A stretch of 64,000 nucleotides of DNA from Prorocentrum cordatum (taxonomy: Eukaryota): the NCBI GenBank assembly GCA_963575745.1, contig CAUYUJ010000048.1, positions 186,001 through 250,000 on the forward strand, written 5' to 3'. Of this stretch, positions 1 to 13,809 are shown in pieces. The notes under the pieces were generated by a model. It was not told where the DNA came from and did no database searches. It saw nothing but the letters and a program-made list of their open reading frames with translations. How positions within the stretch are numbered: the first letter of the stretch is position 1; each line of letters opens with the position of its first letter. Made by a program: the position numbers and the translations under genes.

Positions 1-37
1 CTTCGTTCTGGGAGGGAGGCACAGGAAAACAGATCAC

Positions 38-45
38 GATGATGG

Positions 46-80
<35 letters not shown>

Positions 81-226
81 GTGATAATGATGACGATTTT
101 GATGATGCTGGTGATGGGGATGGTAATTGTTGTGGGACGAGGATGCGAATGAGGACAAGGATGATGAGGATCATGAGGATGATTTCGATTAGGATGGTGA
201 TGATGCCGACGACGATGATGATTGTG

Positions 227-275
<49 letters not shown>

Positions 276-909
276 CGGTGATGATGCTGAAGATGATGAT
301 GAACATGATCAGGATTATGATCATGATGATGATGGTGGTGGTGGTGGTAACGGTGATGATGAGGACGACGATGATGGTGTTGATGACGGTGACGCTGATT
401 GTGGCGATGATGATGGTTGTGATCATGATGATGAGGATGAGGCCGAGGACGAGGATAATGATGAGGATGACGAGGATGACGATGAGGATGAATAGCATGA
501 TGATGATGGTGATTTGATGGTGATGCCGATGATGAGGACAATGCTGATGATGACGATGATGATGGTGGTGGTGGTGATGGTGGTGGTGATGTTGATGGTG
601 GTGGTGGTGATGATGATGAGAATGAGGACGCGGATGAGGATTATTATGAGGATGGTGGGGATGATGATCATGATGATGATCAAGATCATGATGGTGATGA
701 TGATGATGATGATGATGTTGATTGAGTTGGTGCTGGTGATGATGAGGATGAGGATGAGGATGATGATGATTGTTGTGGTTGTGATGGTGATGATGATGAT
801 GACAAGGGTGGTAAAGGTAATGTTGCTGGTGAGGATGAGAATGAGGATGAGGATGACGACGATAAGGATGATGAGAATGACTATCACGATGATGATGATA
901 ATGCAAATA

Positions 910-999
<90 letters not shown>

Positions 1000-1005
1000 A
1001 TGATT

Positions 1006-1044
<39 letters not shown>

Positions 1045-1156
1045 GTGACGGTGGCGGTGTTGGCGATGATGAGTTTGACGAGTATGACGATGGTGATGAT
1101 TGTGGAGGAGGTAGTAGTGGTGATGGTGATCGTGATGATAATGATCATGATGCTGG

Positions 1157-1208
<52 letters not shown>

Positions 1209-1307
1209 GGTGACGATGATGATGATGGTGGTGGTGGTGGTGATCATGATGATGAGGGTGGAGATTAGGACGAGGATGAGGATGATGATGAGGATGATCA
1301 GGATACG

Positions 1308-1344
<37 letters not shown>

Positions 1345-1941
1345 GTGATGGTGATGGTGGTGATGATGACGGCGATGATAATGATATTAGTTATGATGAT
1401 GGTGATGATGATGATGGTGGTGGTGATAATAATGACGAGGATGATGATGAGTATGATGATGTTGTCAGTGATGAGGATGAGGATGAGGATGAGGAAGACG
1501 ATGGTAATGATGATGATGTTGCTGATGCTGATGTTAGTGCTGATGCTGAGTCGGGGAAACGTAAGACTCGAGTGCGCCGGAACTCGGGTTTGACGTTGCT
1601 CTTCGACGAGCCAATTTTAACGGTCCAGTTTTCGTGGGATGCTCTCAGCGGGAGTTGGCGTCAAATTTCAGATTTGGTCGCGTCATGTTCATGATGGCTC
1701 CGCCAAATCAATCCGAGTCCCCCGAACCCGCCGAGCCTCACGTCTACCCGGCTTACGATGATGATGGTGGTGAGGTTGATGATGTTGCTGATGATGATGG
1801 TGGTGGTGGTGAGATGGTAATGCTGATGACGATGATAAGGATGAGGATGCTGATGATGGTGATATGCATGAGGATGAGGAGAAATTGGGTCAGGATGCGG
1901 ATGCGGATGCGGATGCGGATGCAGATACGGATGATGATGGG

Positions 1942-1989
<48 letters not shown>

Positions 1990-2550
1990 CGATGACGATG
2001 ACGATGACGATGCTGATGATGATGCGGATGATAATGATGATGACGTCGCTGATGATGATGAGGATGATGATGATGATAGTGAGGATGATGATGAGGAGGA
2101 GAACGGGATGAGGAGGATTAAGAGCATGATGGTGAAGAGGATGGGTTGTTTGATGGTGTGGAAGATGAGGATGCTGAGTAAGAAAGAAAAAAGAGATAGA
2201 GAGAGAGGGAGAGAGAGAGAGAGAGACAGAAAAAGAGAGAGAGAGAGACTGGGGCCCCTTCATATATGGAGGGCACCGCCTCGAATGGTTATATGTCCAG
2301 GATGATGATGAAGATGGAGTGAGGCTATGATGATGCTGATTATGATGCTGCTGATGATGATGGCGAGAATGATGATGTGGATGTCGACGGTTAGGATGAG
2401 TAGTAACTGGTGAATCATGATGATGGTGGTGATGATGATGATACCGATGACGATGCCAGCGATGATGCTGATGCTGATGTTGATGTTTATGCCGATGGGT
2501 GTGGTGGTGGTGGTGATAATGATGATGATGCTCATGGTGGTGATTATGGT
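38..2550. repeat. Degenerate (GAT)n/(GATGAG)n microsatellite field with short unique interruptions (about 1550-1755 and 2180-2300)
   Basis: Long GAT runs are visible and explain the poly-M/D/I/H ORFs. Confidence 0.95.
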
Positions 2551-2735
2551 GATGAGGAGGAAGAGAGGGCGAAGAGGACGTGGAGGAGGAGGAGAAGGAG
2601 GAGGCCGGCCACGCGAGGAGAGGAGGAGGAGGAGGAGGAGGAGGACGAGGAGGTGGAGGTGGAGGAGGAGGAGGAGGAGGAGGAGGAGGAGGAGGAGGAG
2701 GAGGAGGAGGAGGAGGAGAGGGAGGAGAGCACGAG
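2551..2735. repeat. (GAG)n microsatellite
   Basis: Pure GAG run. Similar tracts at about 3153-3255, 5675-5895, 22280-22365, 32847-33215, 36620-36765, 42016-42080, 55200-55450 and 57700-58077. Confidence 0.95.
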
Positions 2736-5700
2736 AGGAGGGTTGAAACTCCTTTGCACTTTTGTGAGTGCCTCCGAGGGGGGCACCCTCGCCCGCCGTG
2801 CCCGGACCTGCCTCGGCAGCCTGGGACGCGCACCGCGAGGGGGCCGGTTTAAAGAGGGCGGGGTCGGGGGCGACCTGACCCCGCCCCTGGCACGCTGCTT
2901 CCGTGGCGACCTAGTTCTCTTCGATCCAAGACGCGGCGAGGCGAGGCGGCCGGGCGAGTCGCCACGGAGGGGGCCACTGCGGCAGGGGCTCGGCTCGGCG
3001 CTGGTCCCAGTGGGCAGGCGGCCTGGGCGGGTGATGGCGGGGGTCGGGGCGGCGCCGCGCGAGGCTTCGCCATGGTCGCCGGGAAGCCACCGGACGACGC
3101 CGCAGCTGCGCTGGCGGCGGCGGCGGTGGGGCGGGGGGTCCTTGCTTCGGCGAGAAGGAGGAGGAGGAGGAGGAGGAGGAGGAGGAGGAGGAGGAGGAGG
3201 AGGAGGAGGACGATAAGGAGGAGGAGGAGGAGCAGGACGATAGGGAGGAGGAGGGGGGTGGCCTGGACGCTGGGGCTACTCCCCAGGACCCCTCTCATCC
3301 CGAGTCGTCTGCTGACGGCCCCCCCGGCGCTGGACCCCCGCTGGCGGCGCCTCCAGCGCCGCCCCTGTCGCGCGACGCGCGCCGGGGAGGGGGGCGCCGA
3401 TCCGAGAGACCCGCGAGGACCTCCAACAGTTTGGACTCTGGTGCTGGTTCTCGTCTGCCCCTTCGAAGGAGGCGGGAGCGAGCGCTGCCCGCGGTCGGGC
3501 CGCGCGCGGCTGGCGCGGCTCACCCTGGGCGTGGCCTCGGGCCGGCTGGCGCGTCGGCAGGCGGAGATCGAGGGGCGAAGATCCCCCTCCCTCGAGGATC
3601 GAGGTTCTAGGATCCAGTCTTCGGACGCTTCTGGGGCTGCCCAGAGGCTTCTCGCAGCCACGGGGCCGGACTGCCACTCGAGCTTCTGGTCGTGAAGCAC
3701 CCCAAGAGACCGCCAGAGAGGTTGACCCGTGGAGGAGGAGAAGGAGGAGGAGGAGGAGGACCTCCTTCGTTATCGCCACGGAAAAGTCAGAACCTCATTG
3801 CGGTGTAATGTTAGAAAGGGCCTTGTGCATTCACACGGAGGTTGCGTTCGGGATCGGGGGCCACCCCAAATTGTCCAGGACGAAAAGATCATGGCGCCCG
3901 ACACCTGTAAGCCAAACTGGTTAATGACCGAGGAAGTGGCCGAACGCGTAATGTATCAGAAAAAGTGGTCGAAGGTATCACATAATCAATGGTTTCGGAA
4001 ACAACCATGCGCATTCTGACAAATTCGGGCTCTGGATTCGGTCACACTCGGGCGGATTTTCGGGTACAGTTTCTGTCACCACACCTCCTTGATAGAGATG
4101 AGGCTGCTTGAAAAAATGCCCCCTAGGAATGTATCGGGAATTCCAGGGACAGCGCATCAAAGCAATCAAGGCATCGAAGATCTGGGAGGGTCCAGGTTCG
4201 AGGATCGAGTTTGGTCTGTTTGTTTGGGTGGCCTCCTTGGGCTCTAGTGTGCCATCTCCTGGGCTTCCTGTGGGCGGGAATGCGGGTGGTTTTCCCTCTT
4301 CCTCCTCCTGCTCCTCCTGCGATTTCCTCGAGGGCCCTCACCCACAGCCGAGCCAATGGGAGAAGAACGCTGCGCTCCTCCCCTCGTCGCGATCCTCTCG
4401 GCAGCGGTGGAGCAGCGGCTGCTGCTGGAGCAAAATTCCCCCCCCCCCCCCCCCCTCCTCGCCCTCCCTTCGCAGGCGATGCTTCTTCCCCCATCCCCCA
4501 AGCTCCGCCCGAAGCGTTTGACCGCTCAGAGAGAGGGGGAGATTCCCGGGATACGCCCTCAGGGGGCTGTTCGGCCGCACCCCTCGTCGAGGATGGGCGC
4601 CCCCCCCAATCGTACACCTTACGCGATGCTTGAGAAAACTTAAGTTTTCGGCCAGAGTCTCGATTATTCTTAATGCTTCGATGAAAACCCTAAGATTTTA
4701 ATAGAAATGTTGGGTTTTTATTCAAGTTCTGAGACTCTGGATTTCTTAACCCATGATTTCTTAAGCATTTCGCAGGGTGCACATCCCAGGGCTGGACCCC
4801 AGACTCCTGGTCCCTTCGAGAACCCCACGAGGCCCGGGATGGGGGTCGACATACGGTCAACCCGCGCAGCAAGGATGGGCAACCTCCCCAGGGGTGCCCC
4901 CGCATCCTTGCCCCCTTTCCATCCTTGGCCTCTTTCGTCGTTGGCCGCGTCCCGCTCGAAAAGAGTTCGGGCTGGGCGTCCAGGGCCCTTCTCGCGCATC
5001 CTTGCGATACGGGCCGACTGTCTCCCTTGCTGCTCCTCCTCGTCGTGCGGCCCGCCTGCCGCGGTCCCCGAGGCAGCGCACGCCACTTGGCGCCCCCCGT
5101 GGCCGCGCCCGGATCCGCCTCGGAGCTCCGGCCGGGCCGCGCCCCACGCCAGGGGCGTCGGTGTGCCCTCTTGGGGCCCAGGGGGCCGCCCGAGAGCTGC
5201 GCCCTGCGCGATCCCACGAGCACGGCAGGGCCCGAGCTCCACGGCGTCTCCTGGGCGACTTGGTGGGCCGTGTCCCTTTTGGAGCTCGTCCTGCAGCAGA
5301 GGCGGAACGACGGCAGAGCGCGGGAAGACGAACACAGACCGAGCACGGACAAGAACACTGTTCAGCTCGAGGCCTGAAGCACGGTCTCCTGGGGGGGGGG
5401 AATCGAGGGCCGAGATGTTTAGCTCGAGCCCTGAAGCACGGTCTCTGGGGGGGTGGAGAGATCGAGGGCCGAGAGCCCCAGGGGCTCGCGCCGTGGCCAC
5501 GGCCAGCGCAACAGGCGTCGCACGTCGGGGGCCAGGGGCGGGGTGCATGCGGCGAGCAGACGGCCGAGGAGCAGACGGCCGAGGGGCTCCAGTCGTGCCC
5601 CCGGGGATCGCGGATGAGCTTTATGGGCATCCGGGGGCCGCGGTCCAGGAAGTCTTTGAAGCGTGAGAGGATATGGAGGAGGAGGAGGAGGAGGAAGGGC

Positions 5701-6089
5701 TTGAGAAGGAGGAGGAGGAAGAGGAGGAGGAAGAGGAGGGGGAGGAAGGGATGGAGGAGGAGGAGGAGCAGGAGGAGGAGGAGAAGGAGGAGGAGGAGGA
5801 GCAGGAGGAGGAGAAGGAGGAGGAGGAGGAGGAGGGGATTGAGAAAGAGGAGGAGGAGGAAGAGGAGGAGGAGGAGGAGGAGGAGGAGAAGGAGGACAAG
5901 CCTGGTTTCAGGGGGATCCCCCGACATCGATGTTACCGTTACCGATGTCAGGGTGGTGGGGAGAAGTGAGGGCGGGAGGGAGGAATGAGGTCGATAATGC
6001 AGGCACTTCTAGTGGGCTCTGGAAGCGACAGGGGCGCTTCCTTACCGGCTCCGTTTTGACGTTTTTTTGTCGGGGATCAAGGGATTAGG

Positions 6090-6250
6090 ATCAATGCAAG
6101 CGGGGGTCAGCCAGATTGCCGGGTTTGCATGATCCTGCAGGGCCAGGGGCGCTTTGACCCGGGTTTGGGTTCAGGATCCTGTAAGAGCTTTCAGGACCTT
6201 GCGGGATGCTGCAAGGTCAGACTCTCCCGGGTCTGGATTGACACGGGTTA
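6090..6250. repeat. Dispersed repeat, related copy at about 14430-14585
   Basis: Both loci share gggggtcagccaga...gcagg...gacccggg...caggatc...cttgcg...ggattgac. Confidence 0.55.
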
Positions 6251-6982
6251 GAAGATCTTCGAGTTTGCCAGTTCCGTCATTGTTTTCGTTGCCAGTTCCG
6301 TCGCCGTTGTTTTTCCGGTTCGGGCTTGGTTCCACTTCCAGAGACGTCGTTGTTGCCGTTTCCAGTTGCCGTTTTTTTTATTTCGCTTCCATGTTCAAGA
6401 GGCACTTGTTCGGAAACGCTGAACATACGGCCCCGCCGTTTCCAGAATCGAGGGGAGGCAGAGGTTTGGAGACATGGAAGGGGGACACGCTTGTACTTAG
6501 CGTATATGGCTAATTTTTTCGTTCACGGTTGAAGAAGTGGCGCTCGAGGAAGCTTTCAAGTTCGTTTGCGGGGTCTTGACTTTACCATCTTGTTCCGCTG
6601 ACGCAGCTAGCAGGCCGGTGCACGCGCACTGTGTGCCGTCGGACCGAAGAGGGCGCGCTGGATTCTCGCAGTCCCCGATCTTCCTTTGTCCGCCCAGAGT
6701 CAAGAAACGGGACCCGAGTGTCCGAACACATATTTTGACATTTGGGTATAGTTTGATCTTGTGGTTGAATTTGGCTTCCCCCAGCCCGACCCCGCTTCAT
6801 CAGGCTTAGTCTGGCTTAATATTGGGCTTGATCTGGGCTAAATCGGCCAATTTGCTTTGATCGTTCCCGCGGAGACCTCCCAGGAGTTGCGTCCTAACCA
6901 AAATCTCCGAATCTCGATCTTTCAGGGAGGAGTCGGAGAACCTTCCTCTCAAGAAGGAGCGGAGGCGTCAGCGGGTAGCCGT

Positions 6983-7084
6983 CTCCCTCCTCTTCCTCCT
7001 CCTGTTCTCCTCCTCCTGGTTCTCCCCCTCCTGCTTCGCCTCCTCCTCCTCCTCCTCCACTCCTCCTCCTCCTCCTCCTCCTCC
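6983..7084 (+). repeat. (CCT)n pyrimidine tract abutting the spliced leader of element A
   Basis: The tcctcc run continues directly into TCCGTAGCC. Confidence 0.9.
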
Positions 7085-7103
7085 GTAGCCATTTTGGCTC
7101 AAG
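7082..7103 (+). other. Genomic copy of the dinoflagellate spliced leader, perfect 22/22
   Basis: TCCGTAGCCATTTTGGCTCAAG matches the established DinoSL consensus. It is followed by ATGATT rather than a GT donor, so it is a retro-integrated SL, not an SL RNA gene. Confidence 0.96.
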
Positions 7104-7258
7104 ATGATTTCCTGGGGGGCTGTTCAGCCTCCAGGCAGAAAGGATCGCTCTAGTCCGAGCGCGCTTTCAGCTTTTCGGCCTGTCCGCCCAGGTCTGGATC
7201 CAGTGGCCACCACGGCTGCTGGACGCTTTCACGGTTTCTCGGACCGAAGTCCGTACAG

Positions 7259-8298
7259 ATGGGGAAGAAGAATGAGCAGCAGCTCTTCGCGTGGTGCCCA
7301 TGTGGAAAATTGAGTTGAAATTGGCAGATCATCCAAAATAACTGCTCGTGCGTCTTCTGCAAAGCGCCGCTCGACGTCTTCAAGGCTGGGACTGGAGACG
7401 CTCGCGGGGAGCAGTCTCAAGGAGGGGGAGGGCAGCCACCGTGGGCCAAGGACAATCTGCAGTCCATGGGCCAGGCGATGCCCTCGCCGAAATCCCTCCT
7501 CGACCAGCTGCCGTATGCGCTCAGGTCTGGCCCTGCGGCCAAGGTTTTGCAGCAGGAGCTCGAGAATCACGAGAAGCTGTTGCGAGAAAAGAACAACAGC
7601 AACCCGCAGGCGGCAAGGCAGCGTATGCTACGGTCGGACACGGAGTGCGAGCAACAAACCAAGAAGCTCCAACGCTTCCCTGAAAAGAGGAGGCATGCCG
7701 AGGAGTATTTGGCCGACTGCGAAGAGGAGGTCACGGTGCAGTCCAGGGTCGTCTTCTTGGCAGAGCAGGACAAAGAGGCAGTCTATGCTGACTACCGCGC
7801 GCTCAGGCGTCCTGAGTCCAGAGGTGGGCCGCAGGTTGCAGAAGGACACACGGTTTGGTCACGGTGGACGAAAGCTTGTTCGCCGACATTGACGATTACG
7901 AGGATGAAGCAAAGGCCCGCCTGCTGGCCTGGAGGGAAGAAGTGGAAGAACACCGCAAGGCCGTGGAAGAAGGCCAAGGCAGGATCAAAGCGGCCCTTGC
8001 GGACATCAAGAAAACGGTGGAGGCCCCAGCAAGCAAGAAGAGGACGACCGCCTCGGGAACGGCAATCCCAGGAGGCGGGGCCGAATACGCCCAAGAAGAA
8101 GAATATTAATTTTCACAGCCACTTGAAGCCGAAGTGAAGCCCAAAGAAGATCGGTCGGCGACGTTGGGCGCTGAAGAACAAGAAGCTGGAGCTGAGCAGG
8201 TTCGTCAGACGGCCATCCATGCCGCAGCCGCCACAGCGTCTGGCAAGCCCACCTCCTTCGAAGAAGCACGCACGGGCAGAGGAAGGGCGGCGCTAAGA
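7259..8298 (+). pseudogene. ORF1 (gag-like) of element A: N-terminal Cys finger plus coiled-coil-like region, disrupted
   Basis: From ATG 7259: MGKKNEQQLFAWCPCGKLS*NWQIIQNNCSCVFCKAP. Charged helical segments follow in shifting frames (VLQQELENHEKLLREK; DESLFADIDDYEDEAKARLLAWREEVEEHRKAVEEG). Confidence 0.7.
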
Positions 8299-11200
8299 AT
8301 GGTGGTGCTGCTACTCATGGTTCACAGTCTCTTTGACGCTAAGTTCCTCTTCGGCAGTATCACGCAATGGGGTCCTCATGCGGCTCGGTACATTCACAAG
8401 GTCAAGGACGAGCATAAGGTCATTGCGCTCGCGGAGGCACATGTCGAGGAGGAGCGCATCTCCCACGAGACGGATACGCAAGGATGGATGGAAGTTATCT
8501 GCGACGCCAGCCTTCCGCAAGACTGCGGGCTTCTTGGCTGGTGAGTGGGTTTGGCTCAGTGGGCTTGGCTAGGTCACATGTGGCGACTACGACCCTGGAG
8601 GAGGTCAGGCAGGAGAAAGTGCGCAGAGGCAAAAAGGACCCCCTTCGTTGGTTTGCGCCGTTGGCGTGGCACTTGCAGTCGGGCAACGTACTCATCATTT
8701 CCTCCTACCTCCTCCCAGGCATGGCAGTCACCCTGAAGAGCGAGGACACCTTGAAAGCTTTGGCAGGGTTCCTCCACATGGTTACTGATCCTCGGATCAT
8801 TGTTGCAGACTGGAATATGTCACCGCAGGAGCTGATGGACACGGAGTGGCCCAGCAAGATGAACGCGGAATTGGTGGTCCCAGAAGTGGCCATCATTTGT
8901 GATAAAGGTGCGAAAGGTGGGCACTACGATTACGCGATGGTCAAGAAAGGCTGTCAGGCGCGAGTTTCACTACATGCAGTCCTGGATGTACCTTGGTCCA
9001 CACACTGTGGGTTGGAGGTTCGGCCGGGAAGCAGGAGCAACTTGAAGAACGGCGCTTTGCCACCCTCCCGATAGCGCTCCAGGAACCCATGAATGGCATG
9101 ATCGTGGACCCAGAGGAGGCCGAGGAGAAAGAGGTGGTGGGGTGCTTTGCATTCAGGAAGAGGAGTGGGATAGTGGTTGGACAGCAGCGAAGGTGATCAT
9201 GAAGGAAGGTTTGGATTTCTCGACGCATCCAGTACCAGAGACCCCGATGTTGTCCAGAACGGCAGGCCAGAAGGTCATTGACATGGAGCATGGGCCCTGG
9301 GCCACCTCGCTTGAAGAAACCATTCTGGGCCAAGAATCTGGAGGTCAGACCAGGGAGATGGGTCGACGCAGTGGGTTTGCTTTAGAGAAGAAAGCCTCAA
9401 GTTCGACACCAGGGAGAGTTCACAGCGAAGACCCTGTTTCTGAGCAGTGGGCTGCCATGAGCACGTTAGCCCGCAGGTTCAGGAAGTTTGTCACTATGCA
9501 GTTAGATTGTAGCCCGCAATGCACCCTCGTTCAGCGCATGGGCTCGTTGAGTGCAGTTATTTTGTCCGGCGCGTCTGATGAATACGTTGGCAGCGCTGGT
9601 GGTCCAGAACGACGGCGCTGGCAATATATGATCGTGCAGTTGCGCGCTGTCTTCACAGCAGATTGGAGGGGGGTCTTCGAGCAGCCAGGCGACAGCATGG
9701 AGGCCCATGGCAGCGACTTGGACCCAGGCGTAGCCAAGCTCATCGGCAGGACCCCGAGCTTCCAGCGCTACCAATACACCAAGCTGGCGCACGGGCCTCG
9801 ACGTCGGAGGTGCGGGACTTCCTTGCGCATCAGATGAAGGCTGCTCGCCGCAACATACTTCTGTTCTCACCCTCCCAGGAGCCCCCGGGCCCGGGACCTT
9901 CTTGCCAGGGCGGGGATCTTGGAGGGAAGCCTGAGGAGAACCCAGAAACCGATGAGGACCTGACTCAACCTCCTGCTGAGGAGGGCAGTTTTGCGAATGG
10001 CGGCAGCAATCGTTCTCAGGCAGCTGCCGCATACTTGGTACGGATATGGATCCCTTCGAGCAGATCAATGAGGACCTTCATAGTACCACCCAGCGGAACA
10101 GGCCGGAGGATCAGGTCGACGTCTTGCATCGCGAGGCCGAGGCGACCTCGATGGAGTTCGTAGACGGGTTGCAGCAGCTCGCGGAAGAGTTGCAGGCCAG
10201 GGCTCAGGCAAGGGCGATTGGCGACGGGCAAAATAAGTTTCTGTCTTGGGTCCGCGCGACCTGGATGAAGTCGCCTGGTCGACCCCACAAGCATGTCAAG
10301 GACAAGCCTGTGGACACGCAGGAGCTTGACGGCATGGCGGACCCTCTCGAAGTCATGACGTCCAGGCATCGGTATTGGCAGCAGATATGGACAGTTAGAG
10401 TAGAGACGATGGCGGACATCATCGATCGCATCTCCCAGTGCCACGAGAGAGCGCGGGTTGAGGAGTTGCCACCCTTCACCCTCCACGACGCGGGCACGGC
10501 GCTGGCAAGGATGTCGGCGAACAAGGCAACAGGCGTGGACCATGTCAGCGTAAATGGCATTGCCAGGTTGCCAACTGGGTGAAGGAACAAACTGGTGGAG
10601 CTACTTAACGACATCGGGAATGCGGGTACATGGCCCAGGCAGTTGCACGCCACAGTGGGTGCTCTATGCGCGAAGCCGTGTGGAGGTGATCGGGTTCTGG
10701 GGCTGCTACCGACTAATAAGTGCAAGGTATGGAGCCAATCGCGTTCAGGGCCAGCGTCGAAATGGCCGAACGGGCTAAGTGCATTCTGGGACACAGCACT
10801 CAGAGGTTCTTCAGCATTGAGGGCCGCCATGGTCAGATCGCTGCTTGGTGAAGTGGCATTCGCGAATGGCAAACACTTCGTAACGTTCTTGTTAGACTTG
10901 GGACAATTCTTTGACAGCGCCTCTATGTGCAAGCTTATCAATATTGCAGCCAAGGTCGGCTACCCCTCCACGATTGTACTGTTAGAAGTGGAAATGTGTA
11001 TTGCGCCGAGGTTCCTCAAGCTAAAGGAATGGGTCAGTGACAAGATTGATGTTTCGCGGTCGCTAGTTGCGGGCAGCCCGAAAGGTGTTCAATTGGCGAA
11101 CGTGATCTTGCATCCAATTCGGGAGCGCGCACACAGGGCGTCACCGCAGACGATGTTATCCACTTACATTGATGGCGCGATTGCCAGAGCACAGCACGAC

Positions 11201-13578
11201 ACAGAGGACGAGGCCGCGTTGCAGATATTCAGGTCGGTAGTGAGTTCCAGCAGGCCTTCAAGGAGGCGAGGTTGGTAATCTCGGACAAGACTGACCTCAT
11301 CGCGCCCTCCAAGCAGTCAGGCATGCGGGCGGCTAATGCGTTGAGGAACCTTGGCGCCCCAGTACATTATAAAGCTTCGGCCACGGACTTAAGCATCTAC
11401 GTCAGTGCAGGACGGGCACGAGTTTGCAGGCAGGCGAACGAACGGGAGCAGGCGGCGGATAGGAGACATGCCCGTGTGCTCTGGCTACGACGACTAGGGC
11501 CGAAACCACGTAAAGTTTGCAAAGGGCTGTGGATGACAGGGGGCAAACCCCAAGGATTATACGGCCATCAAGTTCCAGGGGCGCCTCCCAGCAGACTCCG
11601 ACAAGTCAGGACGCAAGCGGCTGCTACTATCGCTGGGGTCAAACGTGGTCGTTGCCTCATGTCGGTGTTGGAGCTCACGGTGCCCAGGACTTGAACTACC
11701 ACGTCAGCTGATGTCGGAATGGCTCACGTTATGGATTCAGAGGCCAGAATTACATCGTCCAGTCAGTGCGGCTTGGGAAGGCATCCTCAATCATATCCTA
11801 GTACAGGGCAAGGTTCGTTTGCGGCGAGTCAAAGGACCAGTTGCAGCTATCATCGGCACGCTGCTGGGAGCAGGATGGACATGCCCCAGTCCTACGCATT
11901 GGACACGCCGTACTTCCGATGGAGAAGTGGATTGGATGTCCCCGCAGTTTGACACGCCAGAGTTTGGCCAGGTTGATATCGCGCAGGTTGTTGGTGAGTT
12001 CGCTTCAGGTTTACGGTGTCAGCTCTGGAAAAATGCAGCTAAGTTCGAAGGTGATTATAATCTGGAGCATGGTGCAGACTTCAGTCAGGTCTCCGGGGAG
12101 CTTCGCAAGTATGGGCGAGCTGACGGCATTGATAACTGGGGACTCACCATCACCGCTGCCACGGGAGGCCAGTGGACGAGAGAGCGTCAACGGGCCCAAG
12201 GATAGGCACTTGAGTGGAATTGCAGGCGCTGCCACTCTGCGCCAGAAACTCTGTTGCACAGGATTTGGGAGTGTCCAGCTAACTGTGGGCGAGAGGATAT
12301 TGTAAAAAGTGATGCTCTCATTCCTCGTGCGATTGCCAGTCGCCAATTAGAACCCAGTCTGTGGCTCCGTGGGCCCCCCCCCCTTGAAAAGCTCACGGTC
12401 CCGTCGTTCGATGAGGGGTTGTGTGTTTCTCAAGGGCTGTTTCTCATGGGGGGGGGCTGGGCCGCGCCTGCCATGGTTCGGGAGAACTAGTAGTATTTGG
12501 TGATGGCTCAGGGGGGGCGGTTTTCGAGTGACCCTCGTCGGCGGGGGCGCGGAGCGGGGGTTGCCATCCTGGAACCTGTGTTGGGGGAGCCTCTGGAGCG
12601 GCCCCTGGCCTGGGGCGCCTCCGCCCCGCTCGTCGGAGAGAAGCAAACCGTTCCCAGGGCAGAGCTGCTAGCGTTTTGCATGGCGCTTGAACTGGGGTCG
12701 GGGCCGCCCCAACATCTAACTGACCCCCCCCCCCCCCCCCCTACAAGGCCTGGGAGGCAGGCCGAGGATGGAGGGAGGCCCCGAAGAAATGCGATCGAGA
12801 TTTGTGGATCAGAATTCGTGCTGCGGTGGCCGGCCGAGGCGATGATGTTTCCATGCTGTGGGCGGCCTCTCATCTGGGGGATGAGGCAGGAGGCGCGCAG
12901 ACCGTGCAGCAGCTCTTTTGGTCTATCGGCAATGCGGCCGCGGACGGTCTCGCTTCGCAAGCTGCGGGGGGGGGGGGGGTTAGCCGCCGTGCATGGTCAC
13001 GTGCCTCGCACTGACGAGGTGGATGTCGCGGCGCGGCTGGTTCGGAGGCGGGCGCGCAGAGCGCTTCAAGGCACTGCTGCGGTGGATCCGTGGGCAGGTG
13101 AGTAGACGCCGCCCCCAGTCCCCCGCCTCAGGGTTTCTCGCAGGATTCGCGCTCTCAGCGCATCCCCTCACTCTTTTGTTCGCGCGCTGGGGGGGGGGGA
13201 AGGGGGGGGGGGCGGGTGGCGGTGTCAGGTCTGCGGTGAAATCATTGCGAGCACCAGCCTCGAGCAGGCCTGCGCCCGCCCGTGCTCCCACATTCCCGCC
13301 CACCTGGTGGCGTTGGGGTCTCGGTTCGTCGCGTCGTCGGGGAGGTGTGGGTCGGGAGCAGGAAAGTTGACCCCAGGCACCAGGTCTGGAAATGGTTATC
13401 CGAGAATCTGTTATTATGTATGATGTGCGGCTTTACCGCCAGCATCGACGGCAGGCGCCCTCAGAAGGCTTGCCCGCCCCAGAGGTCCAAGAAAGGTCAG
13501 CAGAACCTTCTGCGCATCTCTCAAGGTCGCCACCCTTGCCCACAAGGGGCCCCCGAGGCGACCAAACGAATGTTGTAA
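8299..13578 (+). pseudogene. ORF2 (pol) of element A, with frameshifts and stops
   Basis: APE: FGSITQWG..IALAEAH, IISSYL, IIVADWNM, YDYAMV, WSTHCGL. RT: KATGVD, AKPCGGDRVLGLL, FWDTALRGSSALRAA, FLLDLGQFFD, LVAGSPKG, TYIDG. CCHC: GGQWTRER..CRRC..ETLLHRIWECP. RNase H: QTVPRAEL, SIGNAAADGLA. Confidence 0.9.
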
Positions 13579-13599
13579 TTGTTTTCGTCTGCCCTGGCG

Positions 13600-13756
13600 G
13601 CGCAGAGGCTTGTGCTCCTCGTGCGCGTCTTGGGTTCCATATCTCGAGGTGCGGAGGCTCGTGTTCCTCCTGCGCCTCGGCGCTGTGCGGAGGCTCGTGT
13701 TCCTCCTGCACAGGGCGTGCTGCCCTGGACGTGCGGAGGCTCGTGCTTCTTCAGCA
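13600..13756 (+). repeat. Four spaced copies of a ~24-bp hairpin-forming repeat in the 3'UTR of element A
   Basis: GCGGAGGCTCGTGTTCCTCCTGC-like units at about 13602, 13651, 13687 and 13733. Confidence 0.85.
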
Positions 13757-13809
13757 CTCCAGGGGCGTTGTGGTGCAGGGACGAGGTCCCCATGGGTCAG
13801 TCCTGGTCA

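Noticed and set aside
34..3260. Long His/Met/Ile/Asp/Glu-rich ORFs, and similar poly-E/R/G/P/S/T/V ORFs throughout the window
   Set aside because: They are translations of trinucleotide or 12-mer repeats, open in several frames on both strands, with no domain content.
7082..7160. SL RNA gene at any of the three SL copies
   Set aside because: None is followed by the GT donor and intron of an SL RNA; each runs directly into element or mRNA-like sequence.
13600..13756. CRISPR-like repeat-spacer array
   Set aside because: Only four degenerate repeats, short unequal spacers, no cas genes, and a eukaryotic LINE 3'UTR context.
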